From Mobula birostris (taxonomy: Eukaryota), in contig NC_092401.1 in assembly GCF_030028105.1 (NCBI RefSeq), forward strand, positions 9,706,984 to 9,770,983: a stretch of DNA of 64,000 nucleotides, read 5' to 3'. Under the pieces are notes generated by a model. That model was not told the DNA's origin. It saw nothing but the letters and a program-made list of their open reading frames with translations, and did not search any database. Made by a program: the position numbers and the translations under genes. This document shows, one piece after another, positions 38,625 to 52,910 of this stretch. Position 1 is the first letter of the stretch. Each line of letters starts with the position of its first letter.

Positions 38625-40040
38625 ATCCCCCCATTCAACACCACACCCACCTGCTGCACCCCTCCCATTCACTCCCCCACCCACCCATCCACCCCCATTC
38701 AACACAGCACCCATCTGCTGCACCCCTCCCATTCAATCCCCACCCACCCCCATTCAACACAGCACCCATCTGCTGCACCCCTCCCATTCACTCCCCCATC
38801 CACCTCCATTCAACACAGCACCCATCTGCTGCACCCCTCCCATTCAATCCCCACCCACCCCCATTCAACACAGCACCCATCTGCTGCACCCCTCCCATTC
38901 ACTCCCCCATCCACCCCCATTCAACACAGCACCCATCTGCTGCACCCCTCCCATTCAATCCCCACCCACCCCCATTCAACACAGCACCCATCTGCTGCAC
39001 CCCTCCCATTCAATCCCCACCCACCCCCATTCAACACAGCACCCATCTGCTGCACCCCTCCCATTCACTCCCCCATCCACCCCCATTCAACACAGCACCC
39101 ATCTGCTGCACCCCTCCCATTCAATCCCCACCCACCCCCATTCAACACAGCACCCATCTGCTGCACCCCTCCCATTCACTCCCCCATCCACCCCCATTCA
39201 ACACAGCACCCATCTGCTGCACCCCTCCCATTCACTCCCCACCCACCCCCATTCAACACAGCACCCATCCACTGCACCCTTTCCATTCACTCCCCACCCA
39301 CCCCCATTCACCACAGCACCCATCTGCTGCACCCCTCCCATTCACTCCCCCACCCACCCCCATTCAACACAGCACCCATCTGCTGCACCCCTCCCATTCA
39401 ATCCCCACCCACCCCCATTCAACACAGCACCCATCTGCTGCACCCCTCCCATTCACTCCCCCATCCACCCCCATTCAACACAGCACCCATCTGCTGCACC
39501 CCTCCCATTCACTCCCCACCCACCCCCATTCAACACAGCACCCATCCGCTGCACCCTTTCCATTCACTCCCCACCCACCCCCATTCACCACAGCACCCAT
39601 CTGCTGCACCCCTTCCATTCACTCCCCACCCACCCCCATTCAACATAGCACCCATCTGCTGCACCCTTCCCATTCACACCCCACCCACTCCCATTCAACA
39701 CAGCACCCATCTGCTGCACCCTTCCCATTCACACCCCACCCACCCCCATTCAACACAGCACCCATCTGCTGCACCCCTCCCATTCACTCCCCACCCACCC
39801 CCATTCAACACAGCACCCATCTGCTGCACCCCTCCCATTCACTCCCCACCCACCCCCATTCAACAGCACACCCACCTGCTGCACCCCTCCCATTCACTCC
39901 CCACCCACCCCCATTCAACAGCACACCCACCACTCCTCCTTTCCCATTCAACACCACTCAACACAGCACCCACCTGCTGCACCCCTCCCATTCACTCCCC
40001 ACCCACCCCCATTCAACACAGCACCCACCTGCTGCAATCC
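38625..40040 (+). repeat. C-rich minisatellite, 55-56 bp unit, about 25 copies
   Basis: Unit CCCCATTCAACACAGCACCCATCTGCTGCACCCCTCCCATTCA(A/C)TCCCCACCCAC; periods of 55 and 56 measured at 38696, 38751, 38807. Confidence 0.95.
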
Positions 40041-42639
40041 TCATCTTCACCCACCGCATCTCCCCGACTCAACACTTCATCCACCTGACAAGTTATCTTC
40101 AATCCCCATCCACTACGCCCCGGCGTTTGCCACCACACCCACCTGCTGCACCCCTCCCATTCACTCCCACCGCACCCTGTCACTCACTACACTCTATCAT
40201 TCACCCACCTGTCCCTGAGATCTAATTCCCTGGGTCTCAATAAGCTGTCAACCATTTAGCATTGAAAATAGGAGAAGTACCCGTGCTTATGAATTGAATC
40301 TTTGAGGTTCTGTATTTGGCTGTGAAGGTTCAGTTTTCTGTGTATTAAAGAAATCTAGGAATATGTTCATAATAGAGCAGAATGGTGTTAAAGTAGAAGT
40401 TCAGACACAACCTTGAGTAGTCTAACTCTTCCTTATGTCAGGGGGAGCCTTGTTCTAGCTGCTCAACCCATGTCATGCCAGCTCTAGCCAGGGATAATTG
40501 TTTTTATGGGCAGCCCATCAAAATCAGAGATGGCGTTCATGTTTTGTGGTTGATGGGTCCTGTGTGGGAACAGGAGTGGCTGATAAGGTGACCAGGTGGA
40601 AAGTTTATGAGATGATACAAAGTCATTTCTCTTTCTTCCTGGTAACTCTCTCATGACGAAGATCAACACCGGTATTCCTCTAATTCTTTAGTTCCCCGTT
40701 GTGTAGTCAATGTCTCCTTAATGTGTGATTTGCCTCAAACAATCCCCATAGAGCAAGTTACGTGTTCTGGGTGTAGGAAGTTGATTTTCTTGTTCACCAA
40801 CTTGCACTTAACCATTAGCTTTATGCTGTTAATGAGAATATCACTGGTTGGTCGGTGTTCTTCCTTTAAGAGAAAGAGTAATATCTTTGAAAGTGATTCC
40901 AGAATCATTTGAATTTTTCATCTTGCTGGACGCCAGGCTTTGTGAATGGAATTTGCTATGTGCTTTGTCAGGGCTCTGCCTGACAAATGTAACGTGGAAT
41001 CTGATGTCTACCGGCCGAGGTTAAAATGGGAATTGTTGCACATTTACTGTCTCTGGGAGGGGACATTTTCCAAATATACAGACGAGACAACAGTAGCAGG
41101 TGTATCAAATACTCAAGGGAACAGGTAATCGACCGCCGTAATTTTATCAGGGCTAATGAAGTATTTACTAAATGTTGAAATTTTAAAATGATTAGCCAAG
41201 CACACTTCTGTGTACCTTAGTGAGGATGCAGAGGAAGTTCAGTAAAATTGTCCCAAAAGTTGGAGGTTTAAGCATAGGACACAGAACGGTAGCGCATAAG
41301 AACAGGCCATTTGGCCCTCGGTGTTGAACTGAACCAATTAAATTAGTGATCGGCTCAATTGCTTTCATGAAAATTTATACAAAAATCAAGGGGACTGAAG
41401 TGAATATTTCCCAAAAGAGAAATAAGGAAAGCCACTCCAATTGGTGGTTAGAGTGCAGATATAAGATATGGAAGGGAGAAGTTTAGAAATGTCTTCATTG
41501 GGACTTAGTGGTAAAACACTTTGACCCCAAGTGCTATAACACCCCTTACTAAACCTCAGTGCAATGATTCCTGATTTCTGAAAGCAAATTCTGAATCTAT
41601 ATTTGGGGTACAGCAGGAAAGAATGAGTGAGGAATTGGTAACGCCTGGAACTATGGACGGTTGTTTTGGTATGGTTTTACCACAAGGTGTGCATGTATTT
41701 GGTTTTTTACTGATCTTGGTCATCTTTTAATTAATAATGATCCCTAAAATACAATGTTACTGTTATGCTCTCCTTTACAGCAACCACCTTTCTTCTCAGA
41801 TGTCTCTTGCCTATTGATCTAATATGACTTAGGAGATAGGGAGGGGAGCCATGCCCTCTCTGGCTTTGGGCAAGGAGCAGGCTTGAGAATATTGAAATTA
41901 ATCCAACTCTGGAGGCTTATCAGCTTGTCGAGGGGTGTGAATGCTGAGCGTTGAGTGTTGCTGGAGCGTTTGGAGTGTGGCACCGATTATTTGTTCACTC
42001 AGCAGTCCGTGTTGTGATCGTCGACTGCGGTTCGTGGTTTCAGGGAGCCGATTGGCTGACAGCAGGCGCTGCGCCGTGGCCCCCATAAGGTTGGCGGGGG
42101 CTGCGTGTCTGTGTCGCAGCGACAACCACGTGAGCGAGAGCGGGTGTGCTGCTGGATGAGCAGAGGGGTTATATGAAGCTTGATTTATTGTCACGTTACT
42201 CGCAGAGCAAGTGTAATGCTTGTGATTCATGAAAAGGAGGCTGGAGGATTTGAGATGTGACATCACTTGTATTGTACTTCTCCATAATTGACTTATTCTG
42301 TGCACGTGCCTACCCTGAGTACGTGTGTGGATGTGTATATGTGCAAGCTCCCTGTGGAGCTTTGAATTAGAAGCATATCAAAGTAATTAAAAGTAAGGCA
42401 GTGTGTTGGAAATAATTTGGAAAATGCGTAGCTCGAGTGGTTGATGGGTTGCTCTGTTGTTCTCTGATTCTTTGATCCTGAGGGGACACAACTAACAGTG
42501 CACTGACGATGTCCCCTCGTATGGTGACAAAATGTTTGCAGGTAAATTGCCATATCAGAGAAGAACTCAACCCAACCAGCAAAGCAATATGTTCTTTGTA
42601 AGTGCCATTCTTTGCAATTATCCAAAGAATAATTTGACG

Positions 42640-43990
42640 TCAGTTTGACGTCAGTGGTGGGTAAATTGATGGAAGGTATTCTTAGATATGGTATATATAA
42701 TTTTCTGGATAGACAGGGTCTGATTAGGAACAGTCAACATGGATTTGTGCGGGGAAGGTCATGTTTGACAAATCTTATTGAATTTTTTGAAGAAAGTTGA
42801 CGAGGGTAAAGCGGTGGATGTTGTCTATATGGACTTCAGTAAGGCCTTTGACAAGGTTCTACACGGAAGGTTAGTTAGGAAGGTTCAATCGTTAGGCATT
42901 AATATGGAAGTAGTAAAATGGATTCAGCAGTAGCTGGATGGGAGATGCCAGAGAGTAGTGGTGGATAACTGTTTCTCAGATTGGAGGACGGTGTGTAGCA
43001 GTGTGCCTCAGGGATCTGTACTGGGTCCAGTGTTGTTTGTAATATATATTAATGATCTGGATGATGGGGTGGTAAATTGGATTAGTAAGTATGCAGATGA
43101 TACTAAGATAGGTGGCGTTGTGGATGATGAGGTAGGTTTTCAAAGCATGCAGAGAGATTTAGGACAGTTAGAAGAGTGGGCTGAAAGATGGCAGATGGAG
43201 TTTAATGCTGAAAAATGTGAGGTGCTACATTTTGGTAGAACTAATCAAATTACGACATACATGGTAAATGGTAGGGCGTTAAAGAATGCTTTAGAACAGA
43301 GGGATCTAGGAATAATGGTGCATAGTTCCCTGAAGATGGAATTTCATGTGGATAGGGTGGTGAAGAAAACTTCTGGTTTGCTGGCCTTTATTAATCAGAG
43401 CACTGAGTATGGGAGTTGGGATGTAATGTTGAATTTGTATAAGGCATTGGTAAAGCCAAATCTGGAGCATTGTGTACAGTTCTGGTCACTGAATTATAGG
43501 AAAGATGTCAATAAAATTGAGAGAGTACAGAGGAGGTTTACTAAAATGTTGCCTGGGTTTCATTTCCTAAGTTACAGAGAAAGGTTGAACAAGTTTGGTC
43601 TTTATTCTTTGGAGCATAGGAGGTTGGCGGGGGGGACTTGATAGAGGTGTTTAAAATTATGAGGAGGATTGATAGAGTTGACATGGCTAGACTTTTTCCC
43701 ATTGAGGGTGGGGAAGATTCAAACAAGAGGACATGGGTTGAGAATTAGGGGACAAAAGTTTAGAGGTAACATGAGGGGGAGCTTCTTTACTCAGAGAGTG
43801 GTAGCTGTGTGGAACAAGCTTCCAGCAGAAGTGGTTGAGGCAGGTTCGATGTTGTCATTTAAAGTTAAATTGGATAGATATATGGACAGGAAAGGAATGG
43901 AGGGTTATGGGCTGAGTGCAGGTCGGTGCAACTAGGATAGGGTAAGAGTTTGGCCTGTTTCCGTGCTGTAATTGTTATATAGCTATATGG
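42640..43990 (+). mobile_element. CR1-type LINE, 5'-truncated RT region and 3' end
   Basis: VPQGSVLGPVLFVIYINDL...ISKYADDTK; frameshifts and stops. Confidence 0.9.
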
Positions 43991-44103
43991 TTACATAAGG
44001 TTCTGAACCTTGTAGAGAGTGTTCTAGAATCCTGTTGCTCCGATGACACCTTGTGACCACCATTCAGTGGAGGAAAGACTCAATGGGTCTCTTCTGCTTT
44101 CAG

Positions 44104-44177
44104 GGATTTCCTTCCTCGTGGCTCAGGGATTGTCACTCGCCGGCCGCTCATTCTGCAGCTGATCAATGCAAAAACAG
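44104..44177 (+). CDS. DNM2: DNM2 exon 2 (74 nt)
   Basis: [24 protein letters not shown] (switch I); AG/GT. Confidence 0.95.
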
Positions 44178-45012
44178 GTACCTGTGTGACTGTGTCATGT
44201 AAGAGCATAAGGAGTTGGAGTAGGAGTTGTTCATGTGGCACCTTGAGCCGAATCAGCTATCCAGTAAGGCCACAGTTTTGATTGTGATTGTTTCCTGCCT
44301 GATTCCATAATCCTCAACTCCCCTGTAGTCCGAACATCTATCTGTAGTCGATGATGAAGTCTCCGCATTGAGAATTTTAAACAGTTTGTTTCCCTTTCCT
44401 CAGTCTCCATCTCAAATGGGCAACCCTTTTATTTTGAAACCATAGTCCCTGCTTCCAGGGAAGTAAATGACCATTCAGCATCCACCCTGTCAAGCCCTTT
44501 CATAAACTTGTACATTTTGATAAGATCACCCGTATTCTTTGAAAATCCATAGGTATAATCTACTCAAACTTTCCTTGTGGGATGGTTCCATGCAACCTTG
44601 CAACTGGATTCCCCAATACCTGCTGTCCACTTCAAGCCTTTTGCCATAAAGACCAATGTCCCATTTACCTTCCTAATTACTAGATAAGCTGTGTGATAAG
44701 CTCGTGTCTAGTGTACCATATGAAGACATTGAGCTCACCCTGTAGCACAGCATTCTGTAGTATCTCTTCATTTAAAAATTATTCTGCTCTTGTATTTTTT
44801 AGCTTATTATTCCTATCGCTGTAGCTGAGATTGCTCATTGTGCTGTTGGAAAGCAGCAGCCTGTCCCAACACAGCTTCCTCTAACTCATCATTAACCTTT
44901 GGCTCCTTGCATGCTGGCATCGTTGTTGAAGGGTCTTTTATATTGTAGTACTCCCACCCCCACTATATTGGGTCCATTTCTGAGTCTGCATAATGGTTTG
45001 CTTTCTCTTCAG

Positions 45013-45162
45013 AACATGCTGAGTTCCTGCACTGCAAGGGGAAGAAGTTTACAGATTTTGATGAGGTTCGGCAGGAGATCGAAGTTGAGACAGACAGAGT
45101 CACCGGGAGTAATAAGGGGATCTCAGCAATTCCTATTAACCTAAGAGTGTATTCTCCACATG
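45013..45162 (+). CDS. DNM2: DNM2 exon 3 (150 nt)
   Basis: [50 protein letters not shown]; AG/GT. Confidence 0.95.
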
Positions 45163-46670
45163 GTGAGTGGGATCTTCGAGGCATCATAGAAACTCTGAAG
45201 CACGCCTGGCTTTTAGGGCTGTACGTGGAGGAAGTGTTACCTGCAAGCTTGCTTTCTTGAGGCACTGTCGCCATCTGTAAAAGGGGTAGATCAGATTAAA
45301 CATGGCGAGCATTTGAGTCTTTGCTGAATGCAAGTAACGTTCATAAACTGACCTTTGTTGTGTGTTGTATAGCTGCCGACTTGGCAAGTAAAAGAGATGT
45401 AATTGTTACCATATGGACTAAGTAACCACAGGAAGTGAGAAGTCCTAGTGACCGAGCTACTAGCTTCAGATTAACGGGTTTATGAGTAGGCGGTGCACCA
45501 ACACCAGGAAGATGTGGAAGACGAAACCAGTCTCACAGATCCCAATATGGTTGTCAGTGTGTGCTCAGTACACGGTTATATCAGGGAAACTCTACTGACA
45601 GCTGGTGAAAGGTGTGCTTAACTTGATTCATACTTGTATTTGCGAAGATAAACTACAAACAGTTCCAGCTTCAACAGTATACTACCCATCAAGTCGTGTG
45701 GGTAACCAGTCTCAGATGGGTGATTTTCCCTTGCTCCCAAGTCTCAGATTCATGTTCTGTCCTTCGTCCAAATTTCTCCTTGCATTAAGGTTCTCGTGTT
45801 GGTCTAGGGTTCAGTAACAAGTTACATTGCCAGATTTCTTCTCCCTCCTGCTTTTCTCCAGTGGGTTACAGTCCAGTCCAGGTTGGACCCATTTGTTCTA
45901 TTGTTTCTGAGCTGTCGCTTTTTATGCTTCCACCTTCATTTTCCACTTCAGTTGTGTAACATCCCAGTTACTGGTATTGACTGAATCAAATAAACAGGGA
46001 GACATACTATTGATTTCTCCTTACAGTTGAAGCAGGGACTTCACACCTCACGAGTTTGATCACGTCTCAACACGAGCTATTTTGCAGTGTTGAATTAGGC
46101 ATCTTGTTATCTTACTACTATGTTTCGGCTAGCTTTTCTGATGCTGAGACCTTGGATGCCATCAGAGAATTCATAGACTAAACCCATTGCGCCTTATCTC
46201 GGGGCAGCCAAGTAGCCAGTTTCTTTTTTGCTAAATTTCTTTAATGCTAGAGGTTCCCACCTTCAAAGAAGTCGTTTTAAGTCTTGGTCATATTTGGCAA
46301 TTATCAAGAACATCCTGGACTGTTAACCATCTCTGTATGAAGTAATCTCCAAATATTGCTTCAGACTGAAAACATTTGTCGTTCTGTTTCTCTGTGATTG
46401 TTTTAACCCTTTGACTGCTACACTAGAGACAACTGTGTGTGACTGTGTTCTGAGCACCCGATCCTGCAAAACGTGTGGCAAGACCATAATTTCTCACTGG
46501 AGGGAAGGTGTTGACAGTTTGTTATCATGCGGGCGGCATTGGCCCTGAATAAGGCGGGTGGCTGTCTCTAAGGTGAGGGTGGGTTTGTCTTCAGTAGTGT
46601 GGGCATATCATGGTTTCCGTGTTAAGTTACTATTGGTCCTAATTCATCCCCCTGTGTTCTCTGTTGCTAG

Positions 46671-46874
46671 TTTTAAATTTGACTCTGATCGATTTACCGG
46701 GCATCACCAAGGTGCCTGTTGGTGACCAGCCTGCGGACATTGAATACCAGATCAAGGAAATGATCATGCAGTTCATCAGTAAGGATAACTGTCTCATCTT
46801 GGCTGTCACTCCAGCAAACTCTGACCTTGCCAATTCAGATGCACTGAAGATCGCGAAGGAGGTGGACCCACAAG
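46671..46874 (+). CDS. DNM2: DNM2 exon 4 (204 nt)
   Basis: [21 protein letters not shown]...[11 protein letters not shown] (G3 DLPG); AG/GT. Confidence 0.95.
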
Positions 46875-47022
46875 GTAAGGGTGTTCTTCACCTTGACCAC
46901 CTACAGTACGGGTACTGGTAATGGATTGACGAGTTGTCGAGCATACTAATACATGTTCAGATCTGCCTCTGATATTGGGAGAAATTCCCAGATGAGGCAA
47001 AGACAAAAGGATTGCCTTAAAC

Positions 47023-47101
47023 CAGGGGTTCTCAACCTTATTTATGCCATGGACCCCTACCATTAACTGAGGGGTCTGTGGACCCTGGTTGGGAACCCCT
47101 G
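47023..47101. mobile_element. 79-bp hAT-type MITE
   Basis: TIRs CAGGGGTTCTCAACC / GGTTGGGAACCCCTG; imperfect 8-bp flanking duplication. Confidence 0.7.
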
Positions 47102-47337
47102 CCCTTCACTGGGGCGTATCTAGGAGCTTACTTATCTGTTTCGTGAGTGCACTGACCATAATATCCCTAATGTACTTGGTTAGTGTTGAAGTCTATCTGC
47201 GGTTACTGAATGGAGAACTGAAAGTAATGGTAAAAGCATGCAGTCTGCTCAGGAAGTTCATTTATAACACCACTTCACAGCTTCTACGTTTGCATTTTCA
47301 AACCCGTGAAACTGTCCTATCTTTGCAAAATGTTTAG

Positions 47338-47544
<207 letters not shown>

Positions 47545-49075
47545 TGAATACTACCCATCCCTCTTTATCTTATCCCATCATTGTGACTTCCGATCTTTTC
47601 TTTCCCTCTTTTTTTTCAAATCCAGCTACTCCTTGAGTGTTTTCCCCTCAATCACCTGTGTGACAGTGAGTTGACTTTCATTGGACAAGGTTGCACGAGA
47701 ATTCCCATTGGATTTATTGAAACACATTCTCTACCTGCAAGTGAAAATGTGTTCACTTCCTTCTGTCCAACCCACTCGCAGCCTTAAAGGGTCAAGAAAA
47801 AGAGATCCACCCAGTTCAATCACTTGTGAGGGATAGTTTCTCTTGGGTTCTTTTCTCCAAGTATTTGACACTTGGGAACATAATGTACAATAACAAGAAC
47901 TGGACCCAGTGCTTTGCTCTGTTGGTTCCATCACCCTACCCAAAACCCTGTTGCTTATGAATATCATAAACCATAGTTTATGGTATCATAAATTATGCTA
48001 ATCTTCTCTCAAATTGCTCGGTATAGGAGATCACTCTGGCTTGAATTTCCCTACCTGCTATAAGAGGTGCCATGTACACTCTACACAAATGGATCCATCG
48101 TTGGAACTCAGAGGTTCAGAAGTGACTGTGAGCTCATTACCCTTTTCAGAGACACCCTGTCATGGCCCTCATAGACGGGTCTAGTCATACCTTTCTTCAA
48201 ATTGGTATATAATGTATGATCTATGGATTCTTCAATTCAGTTCCACTCAGCAGGCCATAAGCCACCCTTCCTTTCTGCCTTTTTACCTATACTTACCTGG
48301 GAGCCGTCAACAGTAGGGTGAAGGACCGCGCAGCGCCATGTTTAATAATTACCATGAACCAATGGGAAGAAAATCTGTGTATTAGAAGATAAAATAGGTT
48401 GACGTCACAGATTTGCCCAGTGCTCAGAAATGTGGGCAAATCGAGATAGACGTCTGGATACAGAGCCTTCACACTGGGGGAAGAAAGACAATCTGCCCCC
48501 CGCCCCCGAAAAAGCCAATAAAGTCACACTGCACAGGCAAATAGTTTGCAAACGTATTTGCAAACATTGCAAATATTCAAATCAGATCATTTAGAAAATG
48601 ATGTAAAATTTAAAGGTATAAAGCTTTTTCAAAAAATAAAGCTCAAAATTGCAATACAAAAAAACACAGAAAAGGCACACTTATTTATGCTTATACGGAA
48701 CACGGTTAAGTTTCTGGAAGCTTAACTATCAACTTTGGTTCCTCTGATTTCTGCTAGAAGACAAAACAAATGTTGATGCTCCTCTTACTGGATACGTGAG
48801 GAAGTCCAGCATCACAATATGTTCAGAACGAAAGCATGGAGGACCTCCCAAAGTTTTGAAATTGTGCCCTTGAAATAACTTGGATTGTCCATTCACGTTT
48901 CCCATTATTCTGTACACCTTAACCTATTTTATACTAGCATCAAGAGTATGGTGATACTGGCTACTCAAAATGGGGAATGTTTCACTCAACAGCAAGAGCT
49001 TGCACGCAGGGAGTACTAAAGTCAAACAATGAAAGGCGTTTTTCTGAACTATAATTCTGTCCCTATTGTTCACAG

Positions 49076-49236
49076 GTTACATTGGTGTGGTGAATAGAAG
49101 TCAGAAAGACATAGATGGGAAGAAAGATATCCGTGCAGCCCTTGCAGCTGAAAGGAAATTTTTCCTGTCGCACCCCTCATACAGGCATATGGCTGATCGC
49201 ATGGGGACTCCGCATCTGCAGAAGACACTGAACCAG
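49076..49236 (+). CDS. DNM2: DNM2 exon 6 (161 nt)
   Basis: [54 protein letters not shown]; AG/GT. Confidence 0.95.
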
Positions 49237-49391
49237 GTGAACGGCGTCACACACTCAATGGCCACTTTATTTGGGACTTCCTGTATCTAATAAAGTAGCC
49301 ACTGGGTGTATGTTTCTTGCCTGCTGCTGCTGTAGCCCGACCACTTCGAGGTTTAACGCGTTGTATGTTGGAAGATGCTGTTCTGCACACT

Positions 49392-50250
49392 ATAAGACAT
49401 AGGAGCAGAAAACAGGCTATTCAACCCACGCAGTCTGTTCTGCATTCCATCATAGCTCATATATTATCCTTCCCAAACCCATTCTCCTGCCTTCTCCCTG
49501 TTAGCTTTGATGCCCTTTCTAATCAAGAGTCTTGTCAACCTCTGCTTCAAATATGCCACATTACTTTGGCTTCCACAGTTGTCTGTGGCAATGAATTCCA
49601 CAGATTCACCACCCACTGGCTAAAGAAATTCCTCATTTCTGTTCCAAAGGTATGTCACTCTATTCTGAGGCTGTGCTCTCTGGGCCCAGACTCACCCAAC
49701 TAGGAAACTTCCGCTCCACATCCAGTCTGTCTAGGCCTTTCAATATTTGATAGTTTTCAATAAAAACCCACCCTCCTCCTCCTCCTCCTCCTCCTCCTAA
49801 ACTGCAGCGAGTACAGGCCCAGAGCCATTAAATGCTTCTTATACATTAACCCTTTAATTCCTGGAATCATTCTTGTGAATTTTCTCTGGACCCTCGCTAA
49901 TGCCAGCACATCTTTTCTTAGATATAGGGCCCGAAGCTGCTCACAATACTCTCGATGCAGTCTGATCAATGTCTTATAAAGCTTTACTGCTACATCCTTG
50001 CATTTATATTCTGGTCCTCTTGAAATGAATGCTAGCAATTGCATTCTCCTTTCTTATCACTGACTGGACTTGCAAGTTAACCTTTAGGGAATCCCAAGTC
50101 CCTTTGCAACTCTGATTTCTGAATTTGCTCCCTGTTTGGAAAATAGTCTATGCTTTTATTCCTTCTTCCGAAGTGCGTGACCATATACTTCCCTGCACTA
50201 TATTCCAACTGCCACTTGTTTGCCTATTCTCCAAATCCTGTCTAAGCCAC
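49392..50250 (-). mobile_element. CR1-type LINE 3' fragment
   Basis: LAFISRGPEYK...LYKTLIRLHREYCEQL...RKFTRMIPG; tail homologous to other CR1 copies. Confidence 0.8.
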
Positions 50251-51384
50251 TGTTGCAATGTGTGTTTATTTGTGATACTGGTGCCTTCCTGTCAGCTTGA
50301 ACCAGTCTGACTATTCTTCTCTGACTTCTCATTATCAAGGTATTTTAACCTATAGAACTGCTGCTCACTGGATTTTTTTTTTTTGTTTTTCACACCATTT
50401 TCTGTAAACTCTAGACACTGTTGTATGTGGAAGTCCCAGGAAATCCAGCAGTTTCTGAGATACTCAAACCACCCCATCTGGCACCAGCAGTCATTCCATG
50501 GTCAAAGTCACTTGGATCACATTTCTTTTCCATTCTAATGTTTGGTCTGAACAACAAGTGAATCTCTTGGCAATGCCTGCATGCTTTTATATATTCAGTA
50601 TCTGCCAATGAATAGTTAATTAGATATTTGAGCACTATAGTCATTAATGCAATGTTACAGCTAGGGGCGCTGGAGTTCAGAGCTCAATTGTGACATCATC
50701 TGTAAGGAGTCTGTATGTCCACCATAAGACATCAGCAGAATTAGCCCATTCACCCCATCGAGTCTGCTGTGCAATTCTGCCGGGCTGACTCATTATCTCT
50801 CTCCGTCCATTCATGGGTTTTCTCCAGGTGCACCGGTGACCTCCCTCGGTCCAATGACATACTGGTAGGTTAATTGGTCAATGTAAATTGTCCCATGATC
50901 AGGCTACGGTTAAATTGGGAAATTGCTGGATGGTGGCATGGCTCGAAGGGTCAGAAGGGCTTGTTCGCTGTATCTCAATAAATAAACATTTGCATTAATG
51001 CGCAGGTGTACTATTTCTCTATTAAAATGCTGTTCTTTTTATTTTCTTCTGTGGGACGAAAAAGCCAATGATATGAATAACCATGTTGGGAGTTTGCAAA
51101 TTAATGTTGATATCTGAAATCTTGTAGTCCATCTGCAGGGGTTGGAACTGTATCAGAAAGCTGTAGCTTTTTTCTGAAGTCCAAGATGACATTTGGTGGT
51201 ATCTACAAATGCCACCAAAGGCAAGACTTGGCTGAGTGGAATGATCGGTAACATCATGGGGGTTAAGTCTCGGGTGGGGGCCCCATTTCAGTGGGAGTTG
51301 GAAGTTCAGCTGCGGCTGGGTTGCTTGATGGGACGCAGTTTAGGTTTGTGCCCCAGTTCCCGCCACTGTAGTCTTCTGTTTTGA

Positions 51385-51552
<168 letters not shown>

Positions 51553-52514
51553 TAAGTGGCATAGTGAGCCAGGTGAGCTCTGCTGGTCTGTTTGCTCCGC
51601 TGTTCGCCCAGAGTTGCATGATTTGTGATTTCTGGTATGAATGAATTCATTCCAGAGCAGAATGAGGTGGCAATTGATTTGCTGTGGGTTTGAAGTAATA
51701 ACACCAATACTGCAGCCTCTCCCTGGTGTTGTAATCTTTTATAAACCAAACTGTTCTCAATGTTCAAGTTGATACTGCTTCTCATATACATCCATTAGCA
51801 TTGGTAAGTTAAGCATGTGATTCTTGGCCTTGGATTCGAGCTTTTAATCAGACTTTAGCAGAGAAGGACAATGTGATGGTTATCATTACTGGGGTGATTT
51901 TATATTTTTTGGGGGATCTGAATGTTTTATAGAATGCCAGCATTTATTGTCCATCCCTAGCTGCCTTTGCTGGGCTAGTTACGAATGGAGCACTTTGCTG
52001 CTGCGGAGTTTCAAATATGTGAGGGCAAATTCTCCCTGGTACGACCAAGTGCCTTTTCAGATCTAAAGGCCTTCTTCTGAGGTTATGAGTTCAGGTACCA
52101 CCGTGGTGACTGAGGGATTTAAACCGTAAAGGTGACTGTGAATGACTGGCTAGTTGCAGAAACCCACCTGCTTCATCGGTCCATAGGGAAGGGAATCTGC
52201 TGCTTCTACCTGGTTTGGCAATCATGCTGCTCCAACGCTATCAGTATGTTTAACTTCCTTTGACGAAGCAAAGCAAGCTATTTGCTGCAAAAAAAAAAAA
52301 GGAGTGTTCAGGAAATATTTGTATAAAACAAATAATTGGTAGCCATTAGCAGGAACACCCAAATCTTCACAGAAACAGTCCTAACAGGTTCTGTTTTTAT
52401 TTTAGAGGGAGATGCTCACCTTATGAGGTGTTCAATTAAAGCCCTTCAGCACATGAAGTTGCGGAAGAGCTGACCTATGTCCTGGTTATTGTTCCCTTTT
52501 TAAGCTGGTTCCGA

Positions 52515-52910
52515 ATCGGATGGTGGTGTGTAAGGCACTCCTTCCCTCTGCTGACCTGCAGTTTGCTCGGGCAAGGTGTAGAACCTGCTTAGCCTCCCCA
52601 CCCCCAGCTGATTCGGGTCACGTGAAGCTTTGGAAGCAAGTGGTGCATGTCACAAGTCCCAGTTACGCGACCACCAGCACTAGGCAAACAATCTCTGAGG
52701 AGTATTGATCAAGGTTGGGGTCACCCGTCTTGTGGAGACGCTGCCCAGAAGAAGGCAGTGACAAACTATTTCAGTAGAAAAATTTGCTATGAGCAATCAT
52801 TTACGTATAGAGAAAAGAATAAGAACAACAGCATAAAGGCAACAATCAGATTAAAGACAGATGGAAGAGTGTGATCGCCTTTGTCATACGACACAGTACA
52901 TAATAATGGT
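52515..52910 (+). mobile_element. Interspersed repeat with RTE-like tail; inverted copy at about 17390-17750
   Basis: GGGCAAGGTGTAG...CCTGCTTAGCC and AGAAGAAGGCA...GTAGAAAAA segments shared between the two loci. Confidence 0.55.

Noticed and set aside
38625-40040. CRISPR-like array
   Set aside because: Units are contiguous with no unique spacers, no cas genes are present, and the context is a eukaryotic intron.
38451-40088. 545-aa Pro/His/Thr-rich ORF
   Set aside because: Translation of the C-rich minisatellite, which lacks stop codons by composition; mixed 55/56-bp units cycle through frames, which is inconsistent with coding constraint.
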